Source: Eubacteriales bacterium
Lineage (GTDB): Bacteria; Bacillota; Clostridia; Oscillospirales; CAG-272
Assembly: GCA_045531485.1 (NCBI GenBank)
Contig: JAZSEC010000024.1
Location: 3,666-67,665, forward strand
Direction of reading: 5' to 3'
Length of the DNA stretch: 64,000 nucleotides
A model generated the notes under the pieces. The model was not told the DNA's origin, searched no databases, and worked only from the letters and a program-made list of their open reading frames with translations. Of the stretch, positions 52,935-62,886 are shown piece after piece. Numbering within the stretch: the stretch's first letter is position 1; every line of letters starts with the position of its first letter. Made by a program: the position numbers and the translations under genes.

Positions 52935-55292
52935 TTATTTACATTTTTCTAAAAATTTCACCGCATCAAGTGCATCCTTGCCGTAGAAATCTGCACCGAT
53001 CTTTTCTGCATACTCCTCTGTAAGAACAGCACCGCCAACCATGATCCTTACGTTCGGTGCCTCCCTTCTGACCAATGCCACCGTATCCTCCATAGCCGAG
53101 AGAGTGGTGGTCATAAGTGCACTAAGACCCAGCACGTCAGCCTTATAGCTTATGACAGCCTCAAGGATCCTCTCGGGTGGAACGTCCTTGCCAAGATCGA
53201 CAACCCGATAGCCGTAGTTTTCAAGAATAAGCTTGACAATATTCTTACCTATATCGTGAATATCACCCTTTACGGTTGCAAGAGCGACGGTAAGCATTGA
53301 GTTTTTCTGCTCCTTTGGCATTCTTCTCTTGATCACCTCGAAGGCCTCACCTGCAGCCTCGGCACTCATAAGAAGACCGGGAAGGTATATGCGTTTTTTT
53401 TCAAATCCTTCACCGACGGTGTCAAGTGCGGGGATAATATCGCTGTTGATAATATCCATAGCCGCCTTTTCCTTTAAAAGCTCCTCCGCCAGAGTAGATG
53501 CCTGAGTCTTAAGTCCCTTTATTATTGCGGTCTTAAGATCTATCACGCCCTCGGTAGCCGTTGGCTTCTGCTCGGTTACGGTCGAAATATAGCCTTCAAA
53601 ATTATTATCTAATCCGCAAAGAGCAAGATAAGTGCCAAAGGCTTCCATAACTCTCTCCGAGTAGGGATTGACTATGGCGGCGGAAAGTCCGTTCGACATA
53701 GCCATAGTAAGATAGGAGGCGTTTATACGGTCGCGATCGGGCAGACCGAAGGAAACGTTTGAAATACCGAGAGACGTGTGACATCCAAGCTGCTCGGTAA
53801 TGATTTTAACGGCACGTATGGTTTCTTTTGCCGCATTCTGATCCGCACTGACCGCCATGGCAAGTGGATCGAATACTATGTTTTTCTTATCGATTCCATA
53901 TTTTTTCGCCTCGGCAAGAATCCTGCGTGCTATTTCCACCCTGCCCTCAGAGGTGGCAGGAATACCGTTTTCATCAAGGGTGAGGGCGATTACTACACCG
54001 CCGTATTTTCTTGCCAGAGGAAGAACAGCCGCCAGGCTATCTGCCTTGCCGTTTACGGAATTTATAATTGCCTTACCGTTATATCTTCTAAGAGCTGATT
54101 CAAGAGCCCTGGGATCTGCACTGTCTATTTGAAGCGGAAGTGTACAGACCTCCTGAATGCGACAGACGGCATCGGTAAGTGCCGAAGGCTCATCTATTCC
54201 GGGAATGCCAAGATTAACGTCAAGAGCCATAGCTCCCGCCTCCTCCTGACCGATGGCCTCCTTAAGAATATGCTCTACTCTGCCCTCCTTGACCGCCTCT
54301 CTGAATTTCGGCTTGCCGGTGGGGTTGATCCTCTCACCAATGATCAGGGGAGCATCGCCAAAGGCTACCGCATGGGTGTAGGATGATGCAAGAGTGCTGC
54401 TTTTCTTAACAATGGGAAGAGGTGTGATATCAGCCACCGCCTCCGCAAGACTACGTATATACTCGGGCGTAGTTCCGCAGCAGCCACCTACCGCACGGGC
54501 ACCCCTTTTCACCAGTGAAGCAACGCTATTTGCAAAGTCGCGTGCAGAAAGATCGTATACGGTATGGCCTTTTTCTGCCCTGGGCATACCAGCGTTAGGC
54601 TTTACGATTATGGGAAGCGAGGAGAATTCAAGATATTTTTCCACCACGGAAGAGAGCTTCTGCGGCCCGAAGGAGCAGTTGACACCAATGGCGTCAGCAC
54701 CCATGCCCTCAAGAAGTGCTATCATAGCAAGCGGGTCTGCACCCGTCATCAGCTTACCGTCCTCACCGTAGGCGTTGGACACGAAAACAGGCAGGGATGA
54801 GCCCTCCTTTGCGGCTAAAAGTGCCGCCTTGGTTTCATAGCAATCCGACATTGTTTCTATAAATATAAGATCCACGCCGTATTTTACGCCCAGTCTTACC
54901 GTTTCGGCAAAAACCCTCACCGCATCCTCAAAATCTAGATCTCCAAGGGGCTTCAGCATTCGGCCGGTAGGACCTATGTCAAGTGCGATCCACTTTTTCT
55001 GCTTACCGTGACTGCGTTTTTTCGCCTCCTTGGCATTAGACACCGCCGAGGCAACGATTTTTTCTAGCTCCTCTGCGGAAAATTTCAAAATATTTGCACC
55101 AAAGGTGTTAGTGGAAATGATATTACTGCCACAGTTAAGATATTCCTCGTGTATACTCGTGACAAGCTCGGGATGAGTGATATTCCAGCTCTCAGGCATA
55201 ACGCCCGAGGGGAGCCCTGCCATCTGCAGCATAGTTCCCATTCCACCGTCGAGTATAACTGTATTTTTCTTTATAAACTCGGTAATTTTCAC
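52935..55292 (-). CDS. metH: Cobalamin-dependent methionine synthase (Hcy-binding, pterin-binding and B12-binding modules; no fused activation domain)
   Basis: ILDGGMGTMLQ, GGCCGTTPEYI, the pterin-binding region, and the B12 motif GDIHDIGKN (DxHxxG) with SALMTTT. The start is probably GTG 55292 (GAGG 8 nt upstream); GTG 55301 is also possible. Confidence 0.85.
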   Translation of the reverse strand: MKITEFIKKNTVILDGGMGTMLQMAGLPSGVMPESWNITHPELVTSIHEEYLNCGSNIISTNTFGANILKFSAEELEKIVASAVSNAKEAKKRSHGKQKKWIALDIGPTGRMLKPLGDLDFEDAVRVFAETVRLGVKYGVDLIFIETMSDCYETKAALLAAKEGSSLPVFVSNAYGEDGKLMTGADPLAMIALLEGMGADAIGVNCSFGPQKLSSVVEKYLEFSSLPIIVKPNAGMPRAEKGHTVYDLSARDFANSVASLVKRGARAVGGCCGTTPEYIRSLAEAVADITPLPIVKKSSTLASSYTHAVAFGDAPLIIGERINPTGKPKFREAVKEGRVEHILKEAIGQEEAGAMALDVNLGIPGIDEPSALTDAVCRIQEVCTLPLQIDSADPRALESALRRYNGKAIINSVNGKADSLAAVLPLARKYGGVVIALTLDENGIPATSEGRVEIARRILAEAKKYGIDKKNIVFDPLAMAVSADQNAAKETIRAVKIITEQLGCHTSLGISNVSFGLPDRDRINASYLTMAMSNGLSAAIVNPYSERVMEAFGTYLALCGLDNNFEGYISTVTEQKPTATEGVIDLKTAIIKGLKTQASTLAEELLKEKAAMDIINSDIIPALDTVGEGFEKKRIYLPGLLMSAEAAGEAFEVIKRRMPKEQKNSMLTVALATVKGDIHDIGKNIVKLILENYGYRVVDLGKDVPPERILEAVISYKADVLGLSALMTTTLSAMEDTVALVRREAPNVRIMVGGAVLTEEYAEKIGADFYGKDALDAVKFLEKCK

Positions 55293-55315
55293 TCTAAACA
55301 CCTCAAAAGTAATCG

Positions 55316-55921
55316 TTACTTTACATTTTTAATGCCAATAATGGCTGTAACCGACTTTGTCGGAGTCATAAACAGATCCAGTCCAAGACCGACTCCTACC
55401 TGCTTTGTCGGGTCAAGGACAGAGAAGATCTCCCTCTGAAGCTCAAGGGACAGATCACCGTAGCCGGGACTGAATCTCGGACGAAGCACTCTACCCTTAT
55501 CTGCCTCCTCGGCCGAAAGCTCCTGACAGAAACAGTCGAGCAGTGCCTCTACCCTCTCGCTGCCCAAAGCCTGCATTACTACTGCTCGCGATGGAGAGAT
55601 GAGAGAATACCTTCTTATCAGTCTGTCAATTCCGGCACCGACGGTGGCACACGCAAGGACTATTTCATCACACCCATCAAGGCATACGCCAAGCGAGTGG
55701 GAGCTTACGGTCGCAAACCCAAGGTCGACCAGATCGCCCCTGACGGACGCGGGAAATCTCATATAGCAGAGTCTATAGGTAAGGCAGCCCTCTGCCTCGG
55801 CAATACAGCCGTCTATCAGCTCCTCTATTCCTCGGTCGTCCTTAGCACCGAGATATCTTATGATCTCTTTTTTATTGATCCTTGGGGGATCATAGCTTTT
55901 TACATAGACCTTTTTTTCCAT
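55316..55921 (-). CDS. Stand-alone methionine synthase activation (SAM-binding) domain protein
   Basis: Approximately 200 aa, located between metF and metH. RPRFSPGYGD and the overall layout resemble the MetH C-terminal reactivation domain, as seen split out in Clostridia. Its 5' end overlaps the metF 3' end. Confidence 0.7.
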   Translation of the reverse strand: MEKKVYVKSYDPPRINKKEIIRYLGAKDDRGIEELIDGCIAEAEGCLTYRLCYMRFPASVRGDLVDLGFATVSSHSLGVCLDGCDEIVLACATVGAGIDRLIRRYSLISPSRAVVMQALGSERVEALLDCFCQELSAEEADKGRVLRPRFSPGYGDLSLELQREIFSVLDPTKQVGVGLGLDLFMTPTKSVTAIIGIKNVK

Positions 55922-56792
55922 TGTACTCAAGTAATCCCGACATATAATTGTATATTTCTGCTGCCACGTCGGGCTTATTCATAGAATAAATATGTACGTT
56001 CTTAAATCCGTTCTGGAACAGGATAGCCGTCTGCTCTATGGCATAATTTATACCCGCCTGCCTCATCGATTCGGGATCCGAGCCGTATTTATCGATCATA
56101 TCGGTAAATCTCTTCGGCAGATGACAGCCCGAAAGCTTAACCACCCTATCTACCTGGGATACCGAGGTGATGGGCATTATACCCGGGAAAATATATGCAG
56201 GCTCAATTCCCGCCCTGGCGGCTCTCGAAACGAAATCAAAGAACAGATCGTCGTCAAAATACATCTGCGTGGTGAGGAAATCAAGTCCCGCATCTACCTT
56301 TTCCTTAAGATGAAGGATATCCTCCTCAAGACTTCCGCTCTCCGGATGTCCCTCTGGATAGCAGGCACCGCCAATGCAGAAATCCCCAGCCTCACGAAGC
56401 TCGCGGACAAGCTGGATCGCGTATTTATAATCCCTGGGCATATCCTCCATTCCCTCGGGAATATCACCGCGAAGTGCCATGACGTTAACGATACCCGCCG
56501 CCTTCATATCAGCGATCCTCTGCCTTACGGTTTCCTTAGTGGAGGAAACGCAGGTGAGATGAGCCAGGGTGGCAACGCCGTACTTTTCCTGGATATTTTT
56601 CGCAATATCAAGGGTATACCTGCTTGTTCCGCCGCCCGCACCGTAGGTAACGCTCATAAAGGATGGCGAGAGAGAGGCGATCCTTTCGGTCGCCTCTCTT
56701 ACACTGTCAAAGGAGGATGAGCTTTTCGGAGGAAAAACCTCGAAGGAAAGCGAGTATCCTCTTCGATTAAATATTTGGGATATTTTTTTCAT
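55890..56792 (-). CDS. metF: 5,10-methylenetetrahydrofolate reductase
   Basis: SFEVFPPK, SVTYGAGG, LAHLTC, ALRGD and GGACYPEGHPE are MetF signatures. 300 aa. Confidence 0.9.
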   Translation of the reverse strand: MKKISQIFNRRGYSLSFEVFPPKSSSSFDSVREATERIASLSPSFMSVTYGAGGGTSRYTLDIAKNIQEKYGVATLAHLTCVSSTKETVRQRIADMKAAGIVNVMALRGDIPEGMEDMPRDYKYAIQLVRELREAGDFCIGGACYPEGHPESGSLEEDILHLKEKVDAGLDFLTTQMYFDDDLFFDFVSRAARAGIEPAYIFPGIMPITSVSQVDRVVKLSGCHLPKRFTDMIDKYGSDPESMRQAGINYAIEQTAILFQNGFKNVHIYSMNKPDVAAEIYNYMSGLLEYNGKKGLCKKL

Positions 56793-56793
56793 A

Positions 56794-57150
56794 TCAGGTA
56801 TTGGAGGTTGCTACTACGTTAGCACCCGTACCGCAAACGTTCTCGATAATGATGTCGCCGATCTTAACGTTGTCCTCAGCGAGAGCAGAGTTGATCTCTG
56901 CCATAACGTCGAACATTCTTCCCTTAGGAATAGTGGTGTCGGTCTTAACCGAAACCACCGCACCCGACTTACATCTTACGGTGGAGGTAACCGTTCTCTT
57001 AGGGTTGGTGCATTCGTCGTTTGCGTAGGCAACACCCCTCTTACAGAAGTTGCCCTCTACGTTAACGGGAGCACCGCTATCGTCAAGAGTAACCTTCATC
57101 TGACAGCCGCGGGGACAAACTATACAGGTTAAAAGCCTTTCCTTTGCCAT
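56794..57150 (-). CDS. DUF1667 domain protein (third subunit of clostridial glpA-like trios)
   Basis: 118 aa with CIVCPRGCQMKV...GNFCKRG. The stop lies 1 nt before the metF start. Confidence 0.8.
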   Translation of the reverse strand: MAKERLLTCIVCPRGCQMKVTLDDSGAPVNVEGNFCKRGVAYANDECTNPKRTVTSTVRCKSGAVVSVKTDTTIPKGRMFDVMAEINSALAEDNVKIGDIIIENVCGTGANVVATSNT

Positions 57151-57163
57151 ATCTGTGTCCTCC

Positions 57164-58405
57164 TTACATCTCGATTCCGAAGGAAAGCTCTCCTCCGGAA
57201 AGCGAAGAAATAATATCCTTCGTCAGCTCGACCTTCTCCATCTCTGCGGGAGCAAGACGCTGCTTTTTCTTAGAAATAATAACTCTGTCGCCATCACGCA
57301 CAACTATCTTGGCGTCGCGGTATACGTCCGCAACTCTGAAGTAAACGGAGGTATCGGCAACCTCGGTAAGCCTCTGGGGAACGGTATAACGAACTCTGCC
57401 GTCGGTCTTAAGGCTGACGGAGATCTCCTTTTTGCTGTTACCCATAATATATTTTGCCGCCGCCTTACCTGCGATGGCAGATTCCTCGGACACGTAGTCA
57501 ACCAGATCGTGAACGTGAAGCACGTTTCCGCAGGCAAAGATGCCCTCGATCTCGGTTTCCCTCTCGCCGTTTACCGCAGCACCGCCCGTCACTCTGTCAA
57601 GAGTAATGCCTGCACCCTTGGTAAGCTCGTTCTCGGGAATAAGGCCGCAGGAGAGAAGCAGTGTGTCGCAGGGAATGTATTCCTCGCTCTCCTTGATGGG
57701 ACGGCGATTCTCGTCAACTCTGGCGATGGTAACGCCCTCAAGTCGATCCTTACCGTGAATATTAACTACGGTGTGGCTGAGTCTTAAGGGAATGTTAAAG
57801 TCGTTAAGGCACTGCTCGATATTTCTGGCAAGACCGCCCGAGTAGGGCATAAGCTCGCAAACCGACTTTACCTCTGCACCCTCAAGGGTCATACGGCGTG
57901 CCATAATAAGACCGATATCGCCCGAGCCGAGAATAACTACCTTCTTGCCGGGCATATAGCCCTTCATATTAACGAACTTCTGTGCCGTACCCGCTGTATA
58001 AATACCTGCAGGACGGGTACCTGAAATATTAAGTGCACCCTTAGGTCTTTCGCGGCATCCCATAGCAAGAATTACCGCACCCGCCTCAATGGTGAAGATA
58101 CCGTTCTCACGGTTCATGGCGGTGATAACTCTGTCGGGTGAAACCTCAATAACCATAGTATCGAGCATATAGGGAATGCCAAGCTCTCTTACCATTTTTT
58201 CATATCTGAATGCATATTCGGGACCGGTAAGCTCCTCGCCGAAGCGATGCAGACCGAAGCCGTTGTGAATACACTGTCTTAAAATACCGCCGAGAGCATT
58301 ATCTCTCTCGAGGATAAGAATATCTCTGACGCCCTCCTCATAAGCCGCTACCGCAGCCGCCATGCCTGCAGGGCCGCCACCAATTATAACTAATTCTTTC
58401 TTCAT
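57164..58405 (-). CDS. FAD/NAD(P)-binding pyridine nucleotide-disulfide-type oxidoreductase
   Basis: VIIGGGPAGMAAA dinucleotide fold, a second Rossmann VVILGSGDIG, and ACGNV. 413 aa. Confidence 0.8.
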   Translation of the reverse strand: MKKELVIIGGGPAGMAAAVAAYEEGVRDILILERDNALGGILRQCIHNGFGLHRFGEELTGPEYAFRYEKMVRELGIPYMLDTMVIEVSPDRVITAMNRENGIFTIEAGAVILAMGCRERPKGALNISGTRPAGIYTAGTAQKFVNMKGYMPGKKVVILGSGDIGLIMARRMTLEGAEVKSVCELMPYSGGLARNIEQCLNDFNIPLRLSHTVVNIHGKDRLEGVTIARVDENRRPIKESEEYIPCDTLLLSCGLIPENELTKGAGITLDRVTGGAAVNGERETEIEGIFACGNVLHVHDLVDYVSEESAIAGKAAAKYIMGNSKKEISVSLKTDGRVRYTVPQRLTEVADTSVYFRVADVYRDAKIVVRDGDRVIISKKKQRLAPAEMEKVELTKDIISSLSGGELSFGIEM

Positions 58406-58416
58406 CTTTTTCCCCT

Positions 58417-59841
58417 TTACTTCGTCTTACCGAAATTGATGTAGGAATTGCCGCCGAACTTTGTAACAGCGGTATAATCAACGCCCATCTCACTTGCCAG
58501 AAGCTCGATGATGTAGGGCGTGCAGAAGCCACCCTGACATCTACCCATAGAGGCTCTGGTTCTACGCTTGATTCCGTCTACGTCGGTGGGACGGGGATTA
58601 GTGCGGATTGCATCAAGGATCTCACCCTCGGTGACCGTTTCACATCTGCAGATAACGTGTGCGTACTCGGGACGCTCCTTAATAAGTGCGTTCTTTTCCT
58701 CAACCGAAAGGGAGGAGAAGAAATGCATAGGACGTCTTGTGCCATTGAAGTCGGCTCTTGCGTCCGCCTTATATCCTGCGTCGACGATAAGCGACACAAC
58801 GTACTCCGCAATAGCGGGAGCAGAGGAAAGTCCGGGGCTCTCAATACCGCCGCAGTTAACGAAGTAGGGCTTCGGGATTCCGATAATAAAATCACCTGTG
58901 CTGCCTGTCGCACGAAGGCCGGTGAAGGATGTGATAACCTTGCTGAAATCTATGCCTGCCACCTGAGCCGATGCAAGCGATCTTACCTTAGCAAGACCCT
59001 CGGCGGTGGTTCTGGTATCGGTCTTATCGTCGATATCCTCAGCTGTGGGGCCGACCAGCAGATTGCCGTCAACGGTGGGAGTTACGAGAACGCCCTTACC
59101 CATCTTGGAGGGACAGCGGAATACGGTGTGTGTGATATGACCGCCAACCTCACGGTCAAGGAGCATATATTCTCCTCTTCTGGGACGAACGGTAAAGGAG
59201 GGCTCGTCCACCATGGCGGATATCTCATCGGAGTAAAGGCCGGCACAGTTGATGACCCATTTTGCATCAATCGATCCTACGTCGGAGAAAAGTCTGTAGC
59301 CGCCCTCAATATTTTCAATTTTCTTAACCTCAAAGCAGGTCTTAAGGGTAGCACCGTTGTCCATAGCGTTACCGACGGACGCCATACAAAGCTCATAGGG
59401 ACAGACGATAGCACCCGTGGGAGCGTAAAGTGCAACGGTAACCTCACTGCCGATGTTAGGCTCCAGCTTCAGAATCTCATCGCGGTGGATAACCCTGACT
59501 CCGTCAACGCCGTTGGTCTTACCTCTCTCGCAGAGCTCCATAAGAGTTTTTTCATCCTCCTCGTTGAAGCCAACGACCAGCGAGCCATTATTCTTATACT
59601 TAACTCCAAGCTCACGGCAGACCTGTGCCATCATCTTAGAGCCGCGAACGTTCATTCTCGCCTTAAGGCTGCCAATCGCAGCGTCATATCCTGCGTGAAC
59701 GATGGCACTGTTTGCTCTGGTGGCACCGAGAGCAACGTCGCTGCCCTTCTCAAGAATACAAACGCTGTCTGTATATTTGGTAAGCTCTCTGGCTACCATA
59801 CCTCCAACAACGCCTGCACCGATTACTGCAAATTCAAACAT
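58417..59841 (-). CDS. FAD-dependent dehydrogenase, anaerobic glycerol-3-phosphate dehydrogenase (GlpA)-like with a BFD-type [2Fe-2S] domain
   Basis: FAVIGAGVVGG, and a C-terminal ICRCETVTEGEI...RASMGRCQGGFC. 474 aa. Confidence 0.8.
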   Translation of the reverse strand: MFEFAVIGAGVVGGMVARELTKYTDSVCILEKGSDVALGATRANSAIVHAGYDAAIGSLKARMNVRGSKMMAQVCRELGVKYKNNGSLVVGFNEEDEKTLMELCERGKTNGVDGVRVIHRDEILKLEPNIGSEVTVALYAPTGAIVCPYELCMASVGNAMDNGATLKTCFEVKKIENIEGGYRLFSDVGSIDAKWVINCAGLYSDEISAMVDEPSFTVRPRRGEYMLLDREVGGHITHTVFRCPSKMGKGVLVTPTVDGNLLVGPTAEDIDDKTDTRTTAEGLAKVRSLASAQVAGIDFSKVITSFTGLRATGSTGDFIIGIPKPYFVNCGGIESPGLSSAPAIAEYVVSLIVDAGYKADARADFNGTRRPMHFFSSLSVEEKNALIKERPEYAHVICRCETVTEGEILDAIRTNPRPTDVDGIKRRTRASMGRCQGGFCTPYIIELLASEMGVDYTAVTKFGGNSYINFGKTK

Positions 59842-59869
59842 GTTTTTATCTCCGTTTTCACTGATTTGC

Positions 59870-59898
59870 TTGACTTATTTATAGTTTATCAGTATAAT
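59870..59898 (+). promoter_or_regulatory. Promoter for the M16 peptidase gene
   Basis: TTGACT, 17 nt, then TATAAT. Confidence 0.6.
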
Positions 59899-59956
59899 TA
59901 TAATATAAAAATAAACCCATGTCAACGATAAACGCAAAAGATTTGGAGAGAAAATA

Positions 59957-62833
59957 ATGACAAATATAGAAAAATACGGTTTTAAGCAAATAAGAAGAAG
60001 AGAGCTTGAGGAAATCGGTGCGGTGCTGTACCAGCTTATACACGAGAAGAGCGGTGCGGATCTTGTATACCTTGACAGAGATGACGAGAACAAAACCTTC
60101 TCAATAGGCTTCCCTACCCCTCCCGAAAACGATACGGGCGTATTTCATATAATCGAGCATTCGGTGCTTTGCGGCTCGGCAAAATATCCATTGAACGATC
60201 CGTTTGCAGAGCTGCTTAAGGGCTCGCTTAACACCTTTCTTAACGCGGTGACCTACGAGGACAGAACGGTATATCCCGTATCCTCAAGATGCGAGAAGGA
60301 CTTTCTTAACCTGGTAGACGTATATATGGACGCGGTATTTTCACCCAATATGCTGGAAAATCCCAGTATATTCAGGCAGGAGGGCTGGCATTACGAATAC
60401 GATGCCGAGGCAAGCGAGCTGTCGCTGAACGGCGTGGTTTACAACGAGATGAAGGGTGCCTATTCCTCTCCCGACGAGCTTGGTGGCATAGCACTTAACC
60501 GTGCACTTTACGGTGGAACGGCATACTGTCGCGATTCGGGCGGAGATCCTCTGCATATTCCCGAGCTTAGCTACGAGCAGTTCAAGGCGACCCACCAAAA
60601 ATACTATCATCCCTCAAGTGCCAGAATAGTGCTTGACGGACGGATGGATCTTGAAAAGGTTTTGCCTCTTCTTGACGCACATTTATCAAAATTCGACAGA
60701 CGTGAGGCCGTTTTTCTTACCGGACGGAGCGAAAAGAAAATTTGTGAGCCACAAACTATTGGCTATGAGATCTCCGAAAACGAGGATGAAAAGGGTAAGG
60801 CAAGAGTGCTTTACGGCTACGTATACTCCGACCATTCGGACAAGGAAGCACACCTGGCGGTATCGGTGCTGGCAGATATTCTCTGCGGCTCCAACGCCTC
60901 GGTGCTTAAGAAGGCACTGTTAGATCGCGGTCTTGCCAAGGACGTGGCTATGTACGCCATAAAGTCAAGAGAGCAGACGGTGGTTATTGAGATCAGAGAT
61001 GCCGATGAGGAAAGACTTGACGAGATCGACGAGGTAATAAATCAGGTTATCCTTTCGCTTAAGAGGGATGGAATTGATAAAAAAATCATAGAATCCACCC
61101 TTAACAGCATAGAATTCAGACTGCGTGAGAGAGATTTCGGCTCATTCCCCACGGGAGTAGCCTTCGCTATGTCTATGTACGCCGTATGGATGTACGGCGA
61201 GAATCCTGAAGAGGCACTGCTGCTTAATGACACCATTACCTCGGTGAGAAGCAAGCTTTCGGGAGATTATTTCGAGGATACCCTGGTAAAGATGACCCTG
61301 GATAACCCCCATAAAGCCAAGATAATTATGCTGCCCGACAAGACCCTCGGAAGAAGGAACGCCGAGGAGGAGAGGAAAAAGCTTAATGAGCTGTTGGGCT
61401 CCATGACAAAGGAAGACATCAAGAGGATAGAGGACGAGGAGGAGGCTCTCAGAGAATGGCAGCAGGCCGAGCCCACCGAGGAGCAGATGGCGTGCTTACC
61501 CACCCTTAGCATCAGCGATATTCCTCAAAAAGTATCCAGACCCACCGCCTTGGTAAGCGAGGTGAATGGGGTCAAAATCCTTACTTGTCCTGTCAAAACG
61601 AACGGTATTGTTTACATTTCGCTGTTTTTCGAGGCGTCGGACCTGGCAAAAGAGGATCTGCTGAAGCTGTCAATGCTGTCATCTGCCCTGCTGAATTTCC
61701 CCACGGAAAGCTATGATGCACTGTCGCTGCAGAACGACATAAAGGCAAATCTCGGCAGTCTGTTCAGCTCCTTTGTGGTTGCTAACAAGGACGGTGTCGC
61801 AACACCCTATCTGAAGATCGGCTCCAGTGCCCTGATCAGTCGCTCGGAGGATATGCTGAGACTGTTACGAGAGGTCGTTATCACCTCGAAAATCGAGCTG
61901 GAGGGCGAGATCAAAAACCTGCTGTCCCAGGCTAAAGCTCATATTGAAGATATGATGCTGGCATCCGGCGAGGCGATTGCCCTCTCCCGCGTTGAAGCAA
62001 GCTTAAGCGAGTCGGGATCTATGTCCGAGTACCTTTCCGGCTACGAGGCATACAGTAGGATATGTCAGCTTTGCAAGGATGACGAGAGCATCTCATCGCT
62101 TACGAAGGATATAGCAGAGCTTCTCCACAGGCTCGCCGACAGACGCCGACTTACCGTTACGGTTACCGGTGACGTTGACGAAGAATTTATTTCAAGGCTT
62201 ACCGAGGCATTCCCCATCGGTGAAGGAGAGATCAGGAGAGCCACCACACCTCTTTGTGCCGACAGAAGCGAATTTCTACAGATTCCCTCTAAGGTAGCCT
62301 ACGCAGTTGCGGGAGGCAAGGATGCCGAGATAGGCGAAAGACTGGGTCTTATGCGAGTTGTACGCTCTATACTCTCCTACGAATATCTGTGGAACACCGT
62401 AAGAGTTCAGGGAGGAGCATACGGCACCGGATTTATTCCGAGGAAGGATGGCAGCCTTTCCTTCTATTCCTACAGAGATCCCTCTCCTGCACGCTCGCTC
62501 GCGGCATATTCGGCAAGCACCGAGTATCTGAGAGCTATGGCCGAGAGTGGCGAGGATATCACCAAGTTTATAATCGGTGCCATCGGCGAATACGACAGCA
62601 TTATTACCCCAAGAACCGCATCGCTTATCTGTGCTAACGACTACCTTAACGGCTGGTCGGGCGAGATGGAGGCTAAGGTTCGTGGCGAGATGCTCAGGGT
62701 GACGGCAAGCGATCTTAACCTTGCGGCCGATATAATCGACAGAGTCCTCTCAGATCGAAGCATAGCCGTAGTCGGAGGCGAGGAGCATCTCGATAAATTT
62801 GACGAGAAGCCAAGCCGTATCATTAAAATATAA
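59957..62833 (+). CDS. M16 family zinc metallopeptidase (PreP / insulinase-like, approximately 960 aa)
   Basis: Inverted zinc motif HIIEHSVLCGS (HxxEH). Size and four-domain layout fit the M16C presequence-protease-like enzymes. Confidence 0.85.
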   Translation: MTNIEKYGFKQIRRRELEEIGAVLYQLIHEKSGADLVYLDRDDENKTFSIGFPTPPENDTGVFHIIEHSVLCGSAKYPLNDPFAELLKGSLNTFLNAVTYEDRTVYPVSSRCEKDFLNLVDVYMDAVFSPNMLENPSIFRQEGWHYEYDAEASELSLNGVVYNEMKGAYSSPDELGGIALNRALYGGTAYCRDSGGDPLHIPELSYEQFKATHQKYYHPSSARIVLDGRMDLEKVLPLLDAHLSKFDRREAVFLTGRSEKKICEPQTIGYEISENEDEKGKARVLYGYVYSDHSDKEAHLAVSVLADILCGSNASVLKKALLDRGLAKDVAMYAIKSREQTVVIEIRDADEERLDEIDEVINQVILSLKRDGIDKKIIESTLNSIEFRLRERDFGSFPTGVAFAMSMYAVWMYGENPEEALLLNDTITSVRSKLSGDYFEDTLVKMTLDNPHKAKIIMLPDKTLGRRNAEEERKKLNELLGSMTKEDIKRIEDEEEALREWQQAEPTEEQMACLPTLSISDIPQKVSRPTALVSEVNGVKILTCPVKTNGIVYISLFFEASDLAKEDLLKLSMLSSALLNFPTESYDALSLQNDIKANLGSLFSSFVVANKDGVATPYLKIGSSALISRSEDMLRLLREVVITSKIELEGEIKNLLSQAKAHIEDMMLASGEAIALSRVEASLSESGSMSEYLSGYEAYSRICQLCKDDESISSLTKDIAELLHRLADRRRLTVTVTGDVDEEFISRLTEAFPIGEGEIRRATTPLCADRSEFLQIPSKVAYAVAGGKDAEIGERLGLMRVVRSILSYEYLWNTVRVQGGAYGTGFIPRKDGSLSFYSYRDPSPARSLAAYSASTEYLRAMAESGEDITKFIIGAIGEYDSIITPRTASLICANDYLNGWSGEMEAKVRGEMLRVTASDLNLAADIIDRVLSDRSIAVVGGEEHLDKFDEKPSRIIKI

Positions 62834-62843
62834 TAAAACAAAC

Positions 62844-62876
62844 AAAAAAGCGGTTGGGAAATCCCAACCGCTTTAA
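62844..62876. terminator. Bidirectional terminator
   Basis: aaaaaa-gcggttggg-aaat-cccaaccgc-ttt. Confidence 0.8.
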
Positions 62877-62886
62877 ATATTCATCA

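Noticed and set aside
55302-59956. A SAM (S-box) riboswitch or Met T-box leader ahead of metF/metH.
   Set aside because: The spacers between the six genes are 14 nt or less, or overlap. The 115-bp region upstream of the first gene shows only promoter-like AT-rich sequence, with no conserved S-box or T-box elements that I can recognise.
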